From positions 1,950,001 to 1,982,000 of the forward strand of contig NZ_CP011041.1 of NCBI RefSeq assembly GCF_002310835.1: a stretch of DNA of 32,000 nt. The letters are read 5' to 3'. How positions within the stretch are numbered: the stretch's first letter is position 1; every line of letters begins with the position of its first letter. The translations under genes were made by a program, and so were the position numbers. The DNA comes from Pseudoalteromonas tetraodonis. Its GTDB lineage: Bacteria; Pseudomonadota; Gammaproteobacteria; Enterobacterales; Alteromonadaceae. This document shows, piece by piece, positions 15,485 to 24,931 of this stretch. Below the pieces are notes generated by a model. It was not told the DNA's origin. It ran no database searches and worked only from the letters and a program-made list of their open reading frames with translations.

Positions 15485-16675
15485 ATGAAGGAATGCCCTG
15501 TGGCGACTAAAAAACAAATAATACTCCCTATCGCGGTCCTTGTTGGTGGCATCGCCCTTGCAGCGGGCTTTTCAGCAATGAAAAAACCACCAGAAGAAAA
15601 ACCAGAACAAGATACTCGCCCATTGGTTGCAGCACAACCTATTCACCTTGATGCAATCACTCTCGATGTTAAATCGTACGGTATTGTGCAACCTAAAGAC
15701 CGCACTGAGCTGATTGCTCAGGTAAGTGGCCAAGTTATTTCTGTTGCAGGGCAATTTGTTGAAGGTGCCTTCGTAAAGCAAGGAGATATTTTAGCACGAA
15801 TTGACCCAAATGATTACGAAGCTGATTTAATTGAAGCTGAGGCTGGGCTCGCCCAAGCAAGTTCAGCGCTTGAGATTGAACGTGCTCAAGCGCATGTTGC
15901 TAAAGCTGAATGGGAACGCATTAAAGCAGACTCAAGCGATATTACCGCTTCTGCGCTTTATTTACGTAAACCGCAATTAGCAGAGAAAATGGCGCGTTAT
16001 CGCTCAGCACAAGCAAGTGTAAAACGTGCTAAACGTAATTTAGAACGCACTTATATTAAAGCCCCCTACGATGCAATTATAAACGCGCGTAGCATTAGTT
16101 TGGGTTCTGTTGTAAATCCAGGTAATAGCTTTGGCTCACTCAGCGCCACTTCGGTCGCTGAAGTACGTTTACCGGTTGCCGATAAAGAGCTGCAATATTT
16201 AAATAATGGCGGTATTGGTGCAACAGTGTTATTTAGTGCGCAGTTCGCGGGCAAAGAAACCACATGGCAGGCTAAAGTGGTACGCAGTGAAGGGGTGATA
16301 GATCAAAAAAGCCGTATGAGCTATTTAGTAGCACAATTACCAACCCCATATGCTAACAAAACTCAACCATTGCGTTTTGGCTCCTATGTTAACGCTAGCA
16401 TAGAAGGTCGTGCAGTTAATAACGCCATTGTTGTGCCACATCATTTAGTCAAAGAAAATAAAATTGCGATATTAAACGACGATTTAACCCTGTCGTTTAA
16501 AACTCTCAATATTATACGTGAACAAAACGGCATGGTGATCGCAGACCAAGGGCTTAATGAAGGTGAACAGCTAATTACTTCTGCCCTTGAATACCCTACC
16601 GAGGGAATGGCGGTAAAAATTGAAGACGTTGTAACAACCCCAGACGTTACTCAACTTGCATTGAAACAGGAGTAA
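15485..16675 (+). CDS. Efflux RND transporter periplasmic adaptor (membrane fusion protein, HlyD family)
   Basis: An N-terminal TM anchor (ILPIAVLVGGIALAAGF) is followed by a lipoyl/alpha-hairpin signature (GDILARIDPNDYEADLIEAEAGLAQA...NLERTYIKAPYDAII). The start is either ATG 15485 or GTG 15500. The track start at 15416 is an over-extension. Confidence 0.85.
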   Translation: MKECPVATKKQIILPIAVLVGGIALAAGFSAMKKPPEEKPEQDTRPLVAAQPIHLDAITLDVKSYGIVQPKDRTELIAQVSGQVISVAGQFVEGAFVKQGDILARIDPNDYEADLIEAEAGLAQASSALEIERAQAHVAKAEWERIKADSSDITASALYLRKPQLAEKMARYRSAQASVKRAKRNLERTYIKAPYDAIINARSISLGSVVNPGNSFGSLSATSVAEVRLPVADKELQYLNNGGIGATVLFSAQFAGKETTWQAKVVRSEGVIDQKSRMSYLVAQLPTPYANKTQPLRFGSYVNASIEGRAVNNAIVVPHHLVKENKIAILNDDLTLSFKTLNIIREQNGMVIADQGLNEGEQLITSALEYPTEGMAVKIEDVVTTPDVTQLALKQE

Positions 16676-16678
16676 CTT

Positions 16679-19600
16679 ATGTCTACACGTGAAAAAGGCC
16701 TAATTGCATGGTTTGCGCGCAACCCTGTTGCAGCAAATCTATTGATGATATTTATACTTATTGGTGGCATTTTAACGGCGTTTACTATTCGCAAACAAAT
16801 GTTTCCACAATTTGAAAGTAACTGGATCAGTGTCTCTGCGGTATACCCTGGCGCAGCCCCGCAAGAGGTTGAGGAGGGCATTACCATAAAAGTCGAGGAG
16901 AACCTTGAGGGTATAGAGGGAATAAAGCGCCTTATCACCTACTCCAATAGAGGCTCTTCACAAGCGTGGATTGAAATAGAAGAGCAGTTTGACCCGCAAG
17001 AAGTACTCGATGAAATTAAAGTACAAGTAGATTCAATTAATACGTTTCCTGCGGGTATGGAGCGCCCTATTGTTCGTCGCGATAAGTACGAACAAGAAGT
17101 AATGATACTTGCCCTTTACGGTGACATGAGTAACTACCAACTTAAAGAGCTCGGAAACGATATAAAAGACGAGCTTCAGGCACTGCCTAATATTAATTTA
17201 GTTAACTTTAATGGTGGCCTTAATTACGAAATTGGTATTGAAGTAAGCCCAGACAAACTGCGTGCTTATGGATTAACGTTTAGAGATATTGCCAGTGCAG
17301 TGCAAAGCTTTTCTGCCAATATGTCAGCTGGGCAAATTCGCTCTGAAAATGGCTATATTTCAATGCGCGTTGAGAAACAAGCCTACCGTGGTAGCGAGTT
17401 TGCAAAACTACCACTGATCACCCTTGCCGATGGCGCGCAAGTTTATTTAGGTGACGTTGCCACTATAAATGATGGCTTTGAAGAAGGCCTGCAATACTCA
17501 AAATACAATGGTAAAAACTCATTGTCGTTTGAAGTAAACGCCTCTAAAGATCAAGATATTACCGATGTTGCTAAAGTACTTAAAACCTATATGGCTGAAA
17601 AAGAATCGCAACTGCCTGCAGGTGTTAAGCTCTCTCCTATTGTTGATTTAACTTACTACCTCGAAGGTCGCCTCGATATGATGGTCGACAATATGATTTG
17701 GGGTGGCTTATTAGTTATGTTGGTATTAGCGCTGTTTTTACCATTACGTTTAGCTTTTTGGGTAATGATGGGTTTACCTGTGTCATTTTTAGGTGCCTTT
17801 TTGTTTATGCCAATTGGCTTTTTAGATGTCACCATTAACTTAGCCTCGTTATTTGCCTTTATACTGGTGCTTGGGATAGTGGTTGATGACGCCATTGTTG
17901 TGGGCGAATCTGCTAGTGCTGAAATAGAAAAACACGGCCATACACTCGATAACGTAGTACGCGGCGTAAAGCGCGTTGCAATGCCAGCCACATTTGGCGT
18001 ACTTACCACTATTGCGGCATTTTTACCGCAAACTCTTGCCACAGGCCCAGGTGCGGCTTTTTCTAAAGCCATTGGTGGGGTGATTATTTTATGTTTAATC
18101 TTCTCACTAATTGAATCAAAACTTATTTTGCCGGCACATATTGCGGCAATGAAAGACCGTAAACCAAATCCAAAAAACCCGCTTCACCGTGCACGTAAAG
18201 TAATGGATAACGGCCTAAAAAGTTTTGTTGATAACTACTACACCCCGTTTGTTGGTCGCTGCATTCATTATCGCTACACCGTAATTGTCGGTTTTATGTG
18301 TTTACTGATTGTCAGTGCGGGAATGTTTGCCGGTGGTTTAGTTAAATTTGTGCCTAATCCTAAAATACCGCACGATTTTCCTCGCATTGATATAGAAATG
18401 AACTTAGCGTCTTCTGAGCAAGCAACGCTTGAAACAGCTAAAAAAGTAGAGCAGCTAATACTGAGCGTTGATAACCAGCTCAAAGAGCAATACGGTAAAC
18501 CGATGATCCGCGATTTATCAGTTAGCTTACGTGGGCGAACGCAAGCAAACATTATGGCTATTTTAGTTGAACCCGACCTGCGCCCTATTGATACCTTTGC
18601 ACTGAGTGCCTTATGGCGCGAACAAATGCCTAACTTACCGGGTGTTAAAACCCTAACCATTCAAGACAGTATTATGAACGGGGGTCGAGACGATGGCGAT
18701 GTAAGCTTTAAACTCGAAGGTAAAAATGCACAAGTACTTAAAGAAGTTGCTGGTAAGCTTAAAACCAAGTTGCAAAGTATGGAAGGCGTAGGCGATGTTA
18801 ATGACTCAATGCAAAGCGCTACCGATGAAGTACAGCTAGATTTAAAACCACTTGCTTACAGCATGGGGCTAACCCTTGCCGATGTGGCCTCACAAGTAAG
18901 CTTTAGTTATTATGGTCTTGAAGCACAACGTATTCTTCGCGAAGGTGAAGAAATTAAAGTGATGATCCGCTACCCAGAAGATGAGCGTAACTCAATCAGT
19001 GATATCGACAGCGTACGTATTATCACCCCAACAGGCGCTGAAGTACCATTAAGTGAAGTTGCTAATATTTCATTAGTTGATGGGGTTAATCGTATTCGCC
19101 GTGAAAATTCAAAACGTACAGTAAACGTGTGGGCTGCGGTAAATACTGACCAAGTAGAACCCTTTGCCATTGCACAACAAATTCGTGATGAGTACTTACC
19201 TTCATTACTTAAAAACTACCCAGGGGTACAAAGTAATGTGGCTGGTCGTATTCAAGAGGAAATGGATAGCGCTGATGAGCAATTACGTGACTTTGCGCTA
19301 TCGATGATCATAATTTTTGCATTATTGGCTATTCCTCTGCGCTCTTACTCTCAACCATTAATTATTATGTCGGTCATTCCATTTGGTGTGGTTGGCGCCA
19401 TGTTTGGCCACATGGTACTAGGTATGACCATGAGCAGCTTATCGATGTTTGGCATTATTGCGGTAGCCGGTGTGGTGGTTAATGACTCACTCGTGATGGT
19501 AGATTTTGTAAACAAAGCGCGTGCTGAAGGCGTGGCAATAAAACAAGCGGTAATGCAAGCCGGTGCACGTCGCTTTAGAGCCATATTACTAACTTCAATC

Positions 19601-19828
19601 ACCACCTTTATTGGGGTCATGCCGATTATTATGGAAACCAGCTTACAGGCAAAAATTGTAATTCCTATGGCGGTATCGCTCGCTTTTGGTGTGCTGTTTG
19701 CCACGGTAATAACGCTTATTCTTATACCGTGTCAGTATGTTGCGCTTGAAGATGCAAAACGCCTGATCCGCAAATGGCGCGGTAAAGATGCCCTAGTCGA
19801 TGGCCAACCAGCAACGACGAATCACTAA
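16679..19828 (+). CDS. Efflux RND transporter permease (AcrB/AcrD/AcrF superfamily)
   Basis: 1049 aa, with 12 TM helices and two large periplasmic loops. The N-terminal IAWFARNPVAANLLMIFILIGG and the TM4 GIVVDDAIVVGE are typical RND motifs. An AGGAG Shine-Dalgarno is present and the gene starts 4 nt after the MFP stop. Confidence 0.9.
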   Translation: MSTREKGLIAWFARNPVAANLLMIFILIGGILTAFTIRKQMFPQFESNWISVSAVYPGAAPQEVEEGITIKVEENLEGIEGIKRLITYSNRGSSQAWIEIEEQFDPQEVLDEIKVQVDSINTFPAGMERPIVRRDKYEQEVMILALYGDMSNYQLKELGNDIKDELQALPNINLVNFNGGLNYEIGIEVSPDKLRAYGLTFRDIASAVQSFSANMSAGQIRSENGYISMRVEKQAYRGSEFAKLPLITLADGAQVYLGDVATINDGFEEGLQYSKYNGKNSLSFEVNASKDQDITDVAKVLKTYMAEKESQLPAGVKLSPIVDLTYYLEGRLDMMVDNMIWGGLLVMLVLALFLPLRLAFWVMMGLPVSFLGAFLFMPIGFLDVTINLASLFAFILVLGIVVDDAIVVGESASAEIEKHGHTLDNVVRGVKRVAMPATFGVLTTIAAFLPQTLATGPGAAFSKAIGGVIILCLIFSLIESKLILPAHIAAMKDRKPNPKNPLHRARKVMDNGLKSFVDNYYTPFVGRCIHYRYTVIVGFMCLLIVSAGMFAGGLVKFVPNPKIPHDFPRIDIEMNLASSEQATLETAKKVEQLILSVDNQLKEQYGKPMIRDLSVSLRGRTQANIMAILVEPDLRPIDTFALSALWREQMPNLPGVKTLTIQDSIMNGGRDDGDVSFKLEGKNAQVLKEVAGKLKTKLQSMEGVGDVNDSMQSATDEVQLDLKPLAYSMGLTLADVASQVSFSYYGLEAQRILREGEEIKVMIRYPEDERNSISDIDSVRIITPTGAEVPLSEVANISLVDGVNRIRRENSKRTVNVWAAVNTDQVEPFAIAQQIRDEYLPSLLKNYPGVQSNVAGRIQEEMDSADEQLRDFALSMIIIFALLAIPLRSYSQPLIIMSVIPFGVVGAMFGHMVLGMTMSSLSMFGIIAVAGVVVNDSLVMVDFVNKARAEGVAIKQAVMQAGARRFRAILLTSITTFIGVMPIIMETSLQAKIVIPMAVSLAFGVLFATVITLILIPCQYVALEDAKRLIRKWRGKDALVDGQPATTNH

Positions 19829-19849
19829 ATTAAGTAAAATCCCAACCAA

Positions 19850-19881
19850 AAAAGCTCGGTATTATTATGCCGAGCTTTTTA
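19850..19881 (+). terminator. Rho-independent terminator of the RND operon
   Basis: aaaagctcgg-tattattatg-ccgagctttt followed by T residues. Confidence 0.8.
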
Positions 19882-19970
19882 TTTATAGTTAAAAAATAGC
19901 ATTCAACTATTTGCCAGTTTGTCTCCCTACTGGTAATTTAACTCTAAACTTTGCTCTTAAAGGATTAACC

Positions 19971-20147
19971 ATGGGCACATTTCAGCTTATCTTATTTATC
20001 GTCTTTGCCGTATTGACTACTCTGGGTTACAAAAAGAACAACCGCAATTTAATGCTATTGGGTGCAATAACTATTTCTTTTGCATTTGTAGGATTAGAAT
20101 TTTTACTTGGGTTTGATGAAGGATTATCAAGGACTGACTATGAATAA
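19971..20147 (+). CDS. Small hypothetical membrane protein (58 aa, 2 TM)
   Basis: ATG at 19971 with an AAGGA Shine-Dalgarno. There are two hydrophobic helices. The track start at 19911 (TTG) is unsupported. Confidence 0.45.
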   Translation: MGTFQLILFIVFAVLTTLGYKKNNRNLMLLGAITISFAFVGLEFLLGFDEGLSRTDYE

Positions 20148-20427
20148 AAAAGTAATACATTGGCCAAGTATGTCATTTTATTTAATCGCCTTATTCACGT
20201 TTATCGGTGGCATTATTGACTCCACCTATTCGAGCTTCCTCATTGGCTTTGGCTTTTGTTTTATGGGCTTTGCAAGCATTCGCTTAATCCCTGCAAACTT
20301 TCTTACTCGTAAACTAACTAGCCCTGTAGCGGAAACTCTCGTTCGCAAAAGAGATATAGCAACACAAATTATCGGATTTTTATTACTCATTACTGGGTTA
20401 GCTTTATCTATGTTGTTCAACGTTTAA
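20140..20427 (+). CDS. Small hypothetical membrane protein (95 aa, ~3 TM)
   Basis: ATG at 20140 overlaps the upstream stop (ATGAATAA). The protein is hydrophobic and I recognise no family. Confidence 0.5.
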   Translation: MNKKVIHWPSMSFYLIALFTFIGGIIDSTYSSFLIGFGFCFMGFASIRLIPANFLTRKLTSPVAETLVRKRDIATQIIGFLLLITGLALSMLFNV

Positions 20428-20528
20428 TTGCGTGATTAAAAAGATCCTATGATGAGCATAGTAAACTGCTCGTTTTTTATGCCTTTTACGTTATGGTATT
20501 TAATAATCATAATAAATAAGGCACAACT

Positions 20529-21419
20529 ATGAATTCCCCTCAGTCTGAACACATACCTCAAGAAGCATTTGATTGGTATGACGAATACGCTCACGGTTTA
20601 ATTGATAGACGCACGTTCATGAAAAAGCTTGGTGGCTTAGCCGCATTGGGCTTTTCAATGACGGTGCTTACAGGTGCATTATTACCTAATTACGCTCAAG
20701 CTGAGCAAGTCTCATTTAACGACGATGACATAAAAGCCACTTACCAAGAATTTGATTCGCCTGATGGCTATGGTTCGGGCAAAGGCTATTTAGTGGTTCC
20801 AAAAAATACACAAGGCAAGCTACCTGTTGTATTAGTAGTACACGAGAATCGCGGCTTAAATCCGTATGTAAAAGATGTTGCAAGGCGACTGGCTAAAGCC
20901 GGGTTTATTGCCTTTGCCCCTGATGCGTTGCACCCACTGGGTGGCTACCCAGGCAACGACGATGAAGGTCGAGCCATGCAACGTACCCTTGATCGCACTA
21001 AAATACAAAATGATTTTGTAGCCGCTGCGCATTTTTTAAAAGCACAGCCAAATAGTAATGGTAAATTAGGCGCGGTTGGTTTTTGTTTTGGTGGCTATAT
21101 TGTTAACTATTTAGCTGCAGTAGACAGTAACTTATTGACCGCGGGCGTGCCCTTTTATGGCACACCTGCAAGTGAAAGCTTACATAAAAACATTAAAGCG
21201 CCGTTAATGATTCAATTAGGTGAACTTGATAAACGGGTTAACGCCACATGGTCTGAATATGAGCAGAGCTTAAAATCAAACAATGTTGATTACACTATGC
21301 ACATGTACGAAGGCGCAAATCATGGTTTTCATAACGATTCAACTGGCCGCTACGATGAAAAAAATGCCGAACTTGCATGGCAGCGTACATTAGCATTTTT
21401 TAATAACCACTTAAGTTAA
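20529..21419 (+). CDS. Dienelactone hydrolase family protein with a twin-arginine (Tat) signal
   Basis: DRRTFMKKLGGLAALG is a Tat motif (RRxFxK) plus h-region. VVHENRGLNPYVKDVARRLAKAGFIAFAPD and GAVGFCFGG (nucleophile elbow with Cys) are typical of the DLH fold. Confidence 0.8.
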   Translation: MNSPQSEHIPQEAFDWYDEYAHGLIDRRTFMKKLGGLAALGFSMTVLTGALLPNYAQAEQVSFNDDDIKATYQEFDSPDGYGSGKGYLVVPKNTQGKLPVVLVVHENRGLNPYVKDVARRLAKAGFIAFAPDALHPLGGYPGNDDEGRAMQRTLDRTKIQNDFVAAAHFLKAQPNSNGKLGAVGFCFGGYIVNYLAAVDSNLLTAGVPFYGTPASESLHKNIKAPLMIQLGELDKRVNATWSEYEQSLKSNNVDYTMHMYEGANHGFHNDSTGRYDEKNAELAWQRTLAFFNNHLS

Positions 21420-21439
21420 CACTACTAAACGTGTATTTG

Positions 21440-22381
21440 TTACTCGTTAATTAATACACGTTTATCAACAATTCCCTCTTTTACTAGCTGATTCAATAAG
21501 TGAGCGGTTTTTTCTCTGCACACATCGCGTAGTAGTCGTACAGCGGGAGTAATCGATTGTCTGCTTGGGCAAATAAGCCACAGCTCCCCTTGGGTGTGCT
21601 GATAGTTAGGCATCACAGTAACAACGCGTTTATTTAATAAGTCATCAGCAATATCTAACGCCGATTTAACCGCTAAACCTTTATCTGCCACACACCAGCG
21701 CCTTACTAAATCGCCATCGTTTGAAGCACGTCTGCCCTGCATTTTTACTTTGTATTTTTTTTGGCCATCGGTAAACTCCCATACATTATTGATAATATCT
21801 TGCAGCTGATAAAATAACCCTTGATGCTGCGCTAAATCATCAGGGTGCTCTGGCTCACCATATTTAGCTAAATAGGTAGGTGTAGCACAGAGTAGTCGCG
21901 GTACGTTGCAAATTTTAAATCCATAAACACTGCTATCACTTGGGGAGCCATAACGCAGTGCAATATCAACCGAATCACGAAAAAAATCGATATTGCTATC
22001 GCTAATGTGCGTACGCAAGCTCACACTTGGGTACCTATCCATAATGTCATCAATCCAGGGGATCACTAGGTTGCGCCCTAAATCAGATGAAGTAGCCACC
22101 CGCAATTCTCCCTCAATAGCATCATGTTCTCCTTTGAGGTTTTGCCTTGCCGTTTCAAGTACAGCCAGCGCTTGTTCGCATTGGGGTATGTACCGCTCCC
22201 CTGCACTGGATAAACGCAAATGGCGAGTTGTTCTAATAAATAATTCGCAGCCAAGGGCTGATTCTACGCGCTTAATAGCCGCACTGGCGGTTGCTGTGCG
22301 CATATCTAACTTAGCAGCAGCTAAAGTAATACTTCGACACTCTGCTACTTTTAAAATCAGTTTTAAGTCATCAATCTGCAT
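21440..22381 (-). CDS. LysR-family transcriptional regulator
   Basis: The N-terminal wHTH is MQIDDLKLILKVAECRSITLAAAKLDMRTATASAAIKRVESALGCELF, followed by a LysR substrate-binding domain. ATG 22381 is preferred. The track start at 22411 is a TTG without a Shine-Dalgarno. Confidence 0.85.
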   Translation of the reverse strand: MQIDDLKLILKVAECRSITLAAAKLDMRTATASAAIKRVESALGCELFIRTTRHLRLSSAGERYIPQCEQALAVLETARQNLKGEHDAIEGELRVATSSDLGRNLVIPWIDDIMDRYPSVSLRTHISDSNIDFFRDSVDIALRYGSPSDSSVYGFKICNVPRLLCATPTYLAKYGEPEHPDDLAQHQGLFYQLQDIINNVWEFTDGQKKYKVKMQGRRASNDGDLVRRWCVADKGLAVKSALDIADDLLNKRVVTVMPNYQHTQGELWLICPSRQSITPAVRLLRDVCREKTAHLLNQLVKEGIVDKRVLINE

Positions 22382-22422
22382 ATTATCTATTTTTATTTGA
22401 TAATGATTCAATAATTATGCTG

Positions 22423-22437
22423 TTTATTTTAAATAAA
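22423..22437. promoter_or_regulatory. Candidate LysR-type (T-N11-A-like) dyad in the divergent intergenic region
   Basis: TTTATTT-T-AAATAAA is a perfect 7-bp-arm palindrome between the LysR gene and the nitroreductase gene. It is AT-rich, so chance occurrence is not negligible. Confidence 0.3.
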
Positions 22438-22508
22438 GCAAATTGTATTATGTTGCTCATACACTCAGTGAACACTGTTTATTAGCCCTTTTTTATTATG
22501 GAGAGACT

Positions 22509-23165
22509 ATGACTCACCCTATTATTCGCGACCTTGAAAGCCGCCATACTGCTAAACGTTACGACGCGACAAAGCGCATTTCTCAAGACGATTTAACGGT
22601 ATTGTATGATGCTATGCGTCTTTCTCCTTCGTCAATTAATTCGCAGCCTTGGAAATTTGTAGTGATTGAATCAGACGCTGCAAAAGAGCGTATGCACACT
22701 ACCTTTGCTAATAAGTTTCAATTTAATCAGCCACACATTAAAGCGGCGTCGCACATTATTTTATTTGCTCATAATCCGCAATATACTCGTGAAGATTACG
22801 GACACGTAATTGATGCCGATATAAAGAATGGCCGAACTCAAAAAGAAAACCGCGAGCAAGCTTTTGGCGCCTTTGCGTTTGTTGATTTAAATACCGATGA
22901 GCAAGGTAATAATGCCGCGTGGACCAAAGCACAAACCTACATTGCTTTAGGCAATACTATGCATGCAGCAGCACGCTTAGGGATTGATACCACGCCGATG
23001 GAAGGCGTTGATGCACAGCTGATTAGTGAAGAGTTTGCAAGCGAATTAGACGGCTACATCTGTGATGTGGCACTTGCGCTGGGTTACCATGATGCAGAAG
23101 AAGACTACAATGCTAAGCTGCCAAAATCACGTTTAAGCAAAGAACAAGTAATTCAGGTTTTATAA
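22509..23165 (+). CDS. Oxygen-insensitive NAD(P)H nitroreductase (NfsB-like)
   Basis: RHTAKRYDATKRIS...LSPSSINSQPWKFVVI parallels E. coli NfsB RHSTKAFDASKKLT...YSPSSTNSQPWHFIVA. ATG 22509 has a GGAGAG Shine-Dalgarno. The product is 218 aa. Confidence 0.85.
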   Translation: MTHPIIRDLESRHTAKRYDATKRISQDDLTVLYDAMRLSPSSINSQPWKFVVIESDAAKERMHTTFANKFQFNQPHIKAASHIILFAHNPQYTREDYGHVIDADIKNGRTQKENREQAFGAFAFVDLNTDEQGNNAAWTKAQTYIALGNTMHAAARLGIDTTPMEGVDAQLISEEFASELDGYICDVALALGYHDAEEDYNAKLPKSRLSKEQVIQVL

Positions 23166-23169
23166 GTCA

Positions 23170-23203
23170 AAGCTGCTCACTTTAAATTGTTAGTGAGCAG
23201 CTT
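23170..23203. terminator. Bidirectional terminator hairpin between the convergent nitroreductase and S66 peptidase genes
   Basis: aagctgctcact (23170-23181) pairs perfectly with agtgagcagctt (23192-23203), giving a 12-bp stem. Confidence 0.7.
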
Positions 23204-23209
23204 ACTTTA

Positions 23210-24268
23210 TTAGGCTAGTTTTGTGACCACAGACGCACTAATAACTTTGCCTTGATCAACATCTGCGGTAACAGTGCATAAAGCTCCATTGATTAAATTT
23301 AAATTAGGAGGGATGTGACCAATATCGGCATCAATGATCACCGGAAACAAACACCCGCCAAAAGCGGCATTTAAGCCTTGGCGATAGTCAAACCCCGGAT
23401 CTTGCCCCTGTAAGGTTACATGGCGGCCAATAATCACCCCGTTTATATCATCAAACATACCGGCTAATTTGAGTGACAATAAAAACCTTGCAACGGTCGC
23501 TGGCGTGAGCTCTGCGCTTTCTAAATAAAGTACAATACCTTGCGAGGCATTGTGCTTTTTAAACTCATGCAGAGCTAAAAAAGGCGAATCAAGTAACAGC
23601 CCAACCGTATCAAGACACCCACCAAACAACCGCCCTGACATTTCAATACTGCGCTTATCGGTGTAATTTAAACATTGCCATTGTGTGGGAACGCTGTGAT
23701 CAAATAATACGTTTGGGTTTTGTGCATAATCAGGCTTGCTATGTTGATGGTAAGTCGAGGGGGCTTGCTCAAACTCACTATTAGCCTCATAGCTTAGACT
23801 TTCAAAAATTTGTAAACAATACGGGTCTTTTTCATCAGGGTGTAATTGAATTAAATTAGCGCTATGCAGTGTTGCCCAATTACATTTTGCTGTCAGTGCA
23901 CAAGCAATCGTACTGACATCTGAATAGCCCACTAACCATTTAGGTTTAGCGTTTTTAATTGCGCTAAAATCAAGCAGAGGCAATATTTCCATTGCCAGCT
24001 CTCCGCCCATTGGCGGCATGATCGCATCTATTTCATCATCTAATAAAAAGCCCATTAATTGCTTGGCATGCTGCTTAGCTGTAAGTTGAGTTCGCGGCTC
24101 GTTTTGACGTAAAAACTCCCCTTCAACAACCTCATAACCTCGATGTTTTAAGCCATTAATGACAATATCTAACCGTGGATGGTATTTTGATTTGATCCCC
24201 GCTGATAAAGAACACACGGCGATTTTAGATCCCACTGTTAAAGGTGCCGGATACAGTATATTTGCCAT
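23210..24268 (-). CDS. S66-family LD-carboxypeptidase (LdcA/MccF-like)
   Basis: 352 aa. VGYSDVSTI is the Ser-nucleophile motif of the S66 peptidases, and the C-terminal half ends with ADIGHIPPN (catalytic His region). An AAGGAA Shine-Dalgarno is present. Confidence 0.75.
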   Translation of the reverse strand: MANILYPAPLTVGSKIAVCSLSAGIKSKYHPRLDIVINGLKHRGYEVVEGEFLRQNEPRTQLTAKQHAKQLMGFLLDDEIDAIMPPMGGELAMEILPLLDFSAIKNAKPKWLVGYSDVSTIACALTAKCNWATLHSANLIQLHPDEKDPYCLQIFESLSYEANSEFEQAPSTYHQHSKPDYAQNPNVLFDHSVPTQWQCLNYTDKRSIEMSGRLFGGCLDTVGLLLDSPFLALHEFKKHNASQGIVLYLESAELTPATVARFLLSLKLAGMFDDINGVIIGRHVTLQGQDPGFDYRQGLNAAFGGCLFPVIIDADIGHIPPNLNLINGALCTVTADVDQGKVISASVVTKLA

Positions 24269-24373
24269 ATTATTTCCTTATTGAAGAATAGGTTACTACC
24301 ATAACAACATAGCCTACATTTACAAACAATGAATAATATTCAACCGATTCTAAACCAAATATAAAAACCAAGC

Positions 24374-24410
24374 ATAAAAAAACCAGTGCTTATTACTAAG
24401 CACTGGTTTT
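24374..24410 (-). terminator. Rho-independent terminator of greA
   Basis: aaccagtgctta / taagcactggtt is a 12-bp stem with a U-run on the minus strand (complement of aaaaaa at 24375-24380). Confidence 0.85.
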
Positions 24411-24437
24411 TATAAAACGTTAAAGTGAGTTAACTAA

Positions 24438-24914
24438 TTAAATATACTCAACCTCAATGATTTCGTACTCTACATCACCTTTTGGCGTTTTGATAATCAC
24501 AGCGTCATCCGCTTGTTTACCAATTAAGCCGCGAGCAATTGGTGAATTAACAGAAATTAAATTACTTTTAATATCTGCTTCATCATCGCCAACAATCTGA
24601 TATTTAACTTCAGCGTCGGTTTCAACATTAACGATGGTTACTGTAGTCCCAAAAATCACTTTACCTGTATTAGGCATCTTTGTTACGTCAATCATCTGCA
24701 TGTTTGAAAGTTTTGCTTCAATTTCTTGAATACGGCCTTCACAAAAACCCTGTTGCTCACGCGCAGCGTGATACTCAGCATTTTCTTTTAAGTCACCGTG
24801 TTCACGTGCATCAGCAATATCAGATACAATTTTTGGACGGGTAACAGTTTTTAATTCGTTAAGCTCATCGCGCAATAATTTTGCGCCACGAACTGTCATT
24901 GGAATTGATTGCAT
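24438..24914 (-). CDS. greA: Transcription elongation factor GreA
   Basis: [22 protein letters not shown] parallels E. coli [22 protein letters not shown]. The product is 158 aa. The 9-codon upstream extension in the track lies inside a hairpin. Confidence 0.95.
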   Translation of the reverse strand: MQSIPMTVRGAKLLRDELNELKTVTRPKIVSDIADAREHGDLKENAEYHAAREQQGFCEGRIQEIEAKLSNMQMIDVTKMPNTGKVIFGTTVTIVNVETDAEVKYQIVGDDEADIKSNLISVNSPIARGLIGKQADDAVIIKTPKGDVEYEIIEVEYI

Positions 24915-24931
24915 ACTTTTCTCACTTAATC

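Noticed and set aside
17656-19704. Minus-strand ORFs inside the RND permease gene (17656-18072, 18274-18660, 18970-19170, 19351-19704)
   Set aside because: They are shadow ORFs opposite a very confidently called 1049-aa RND gene.
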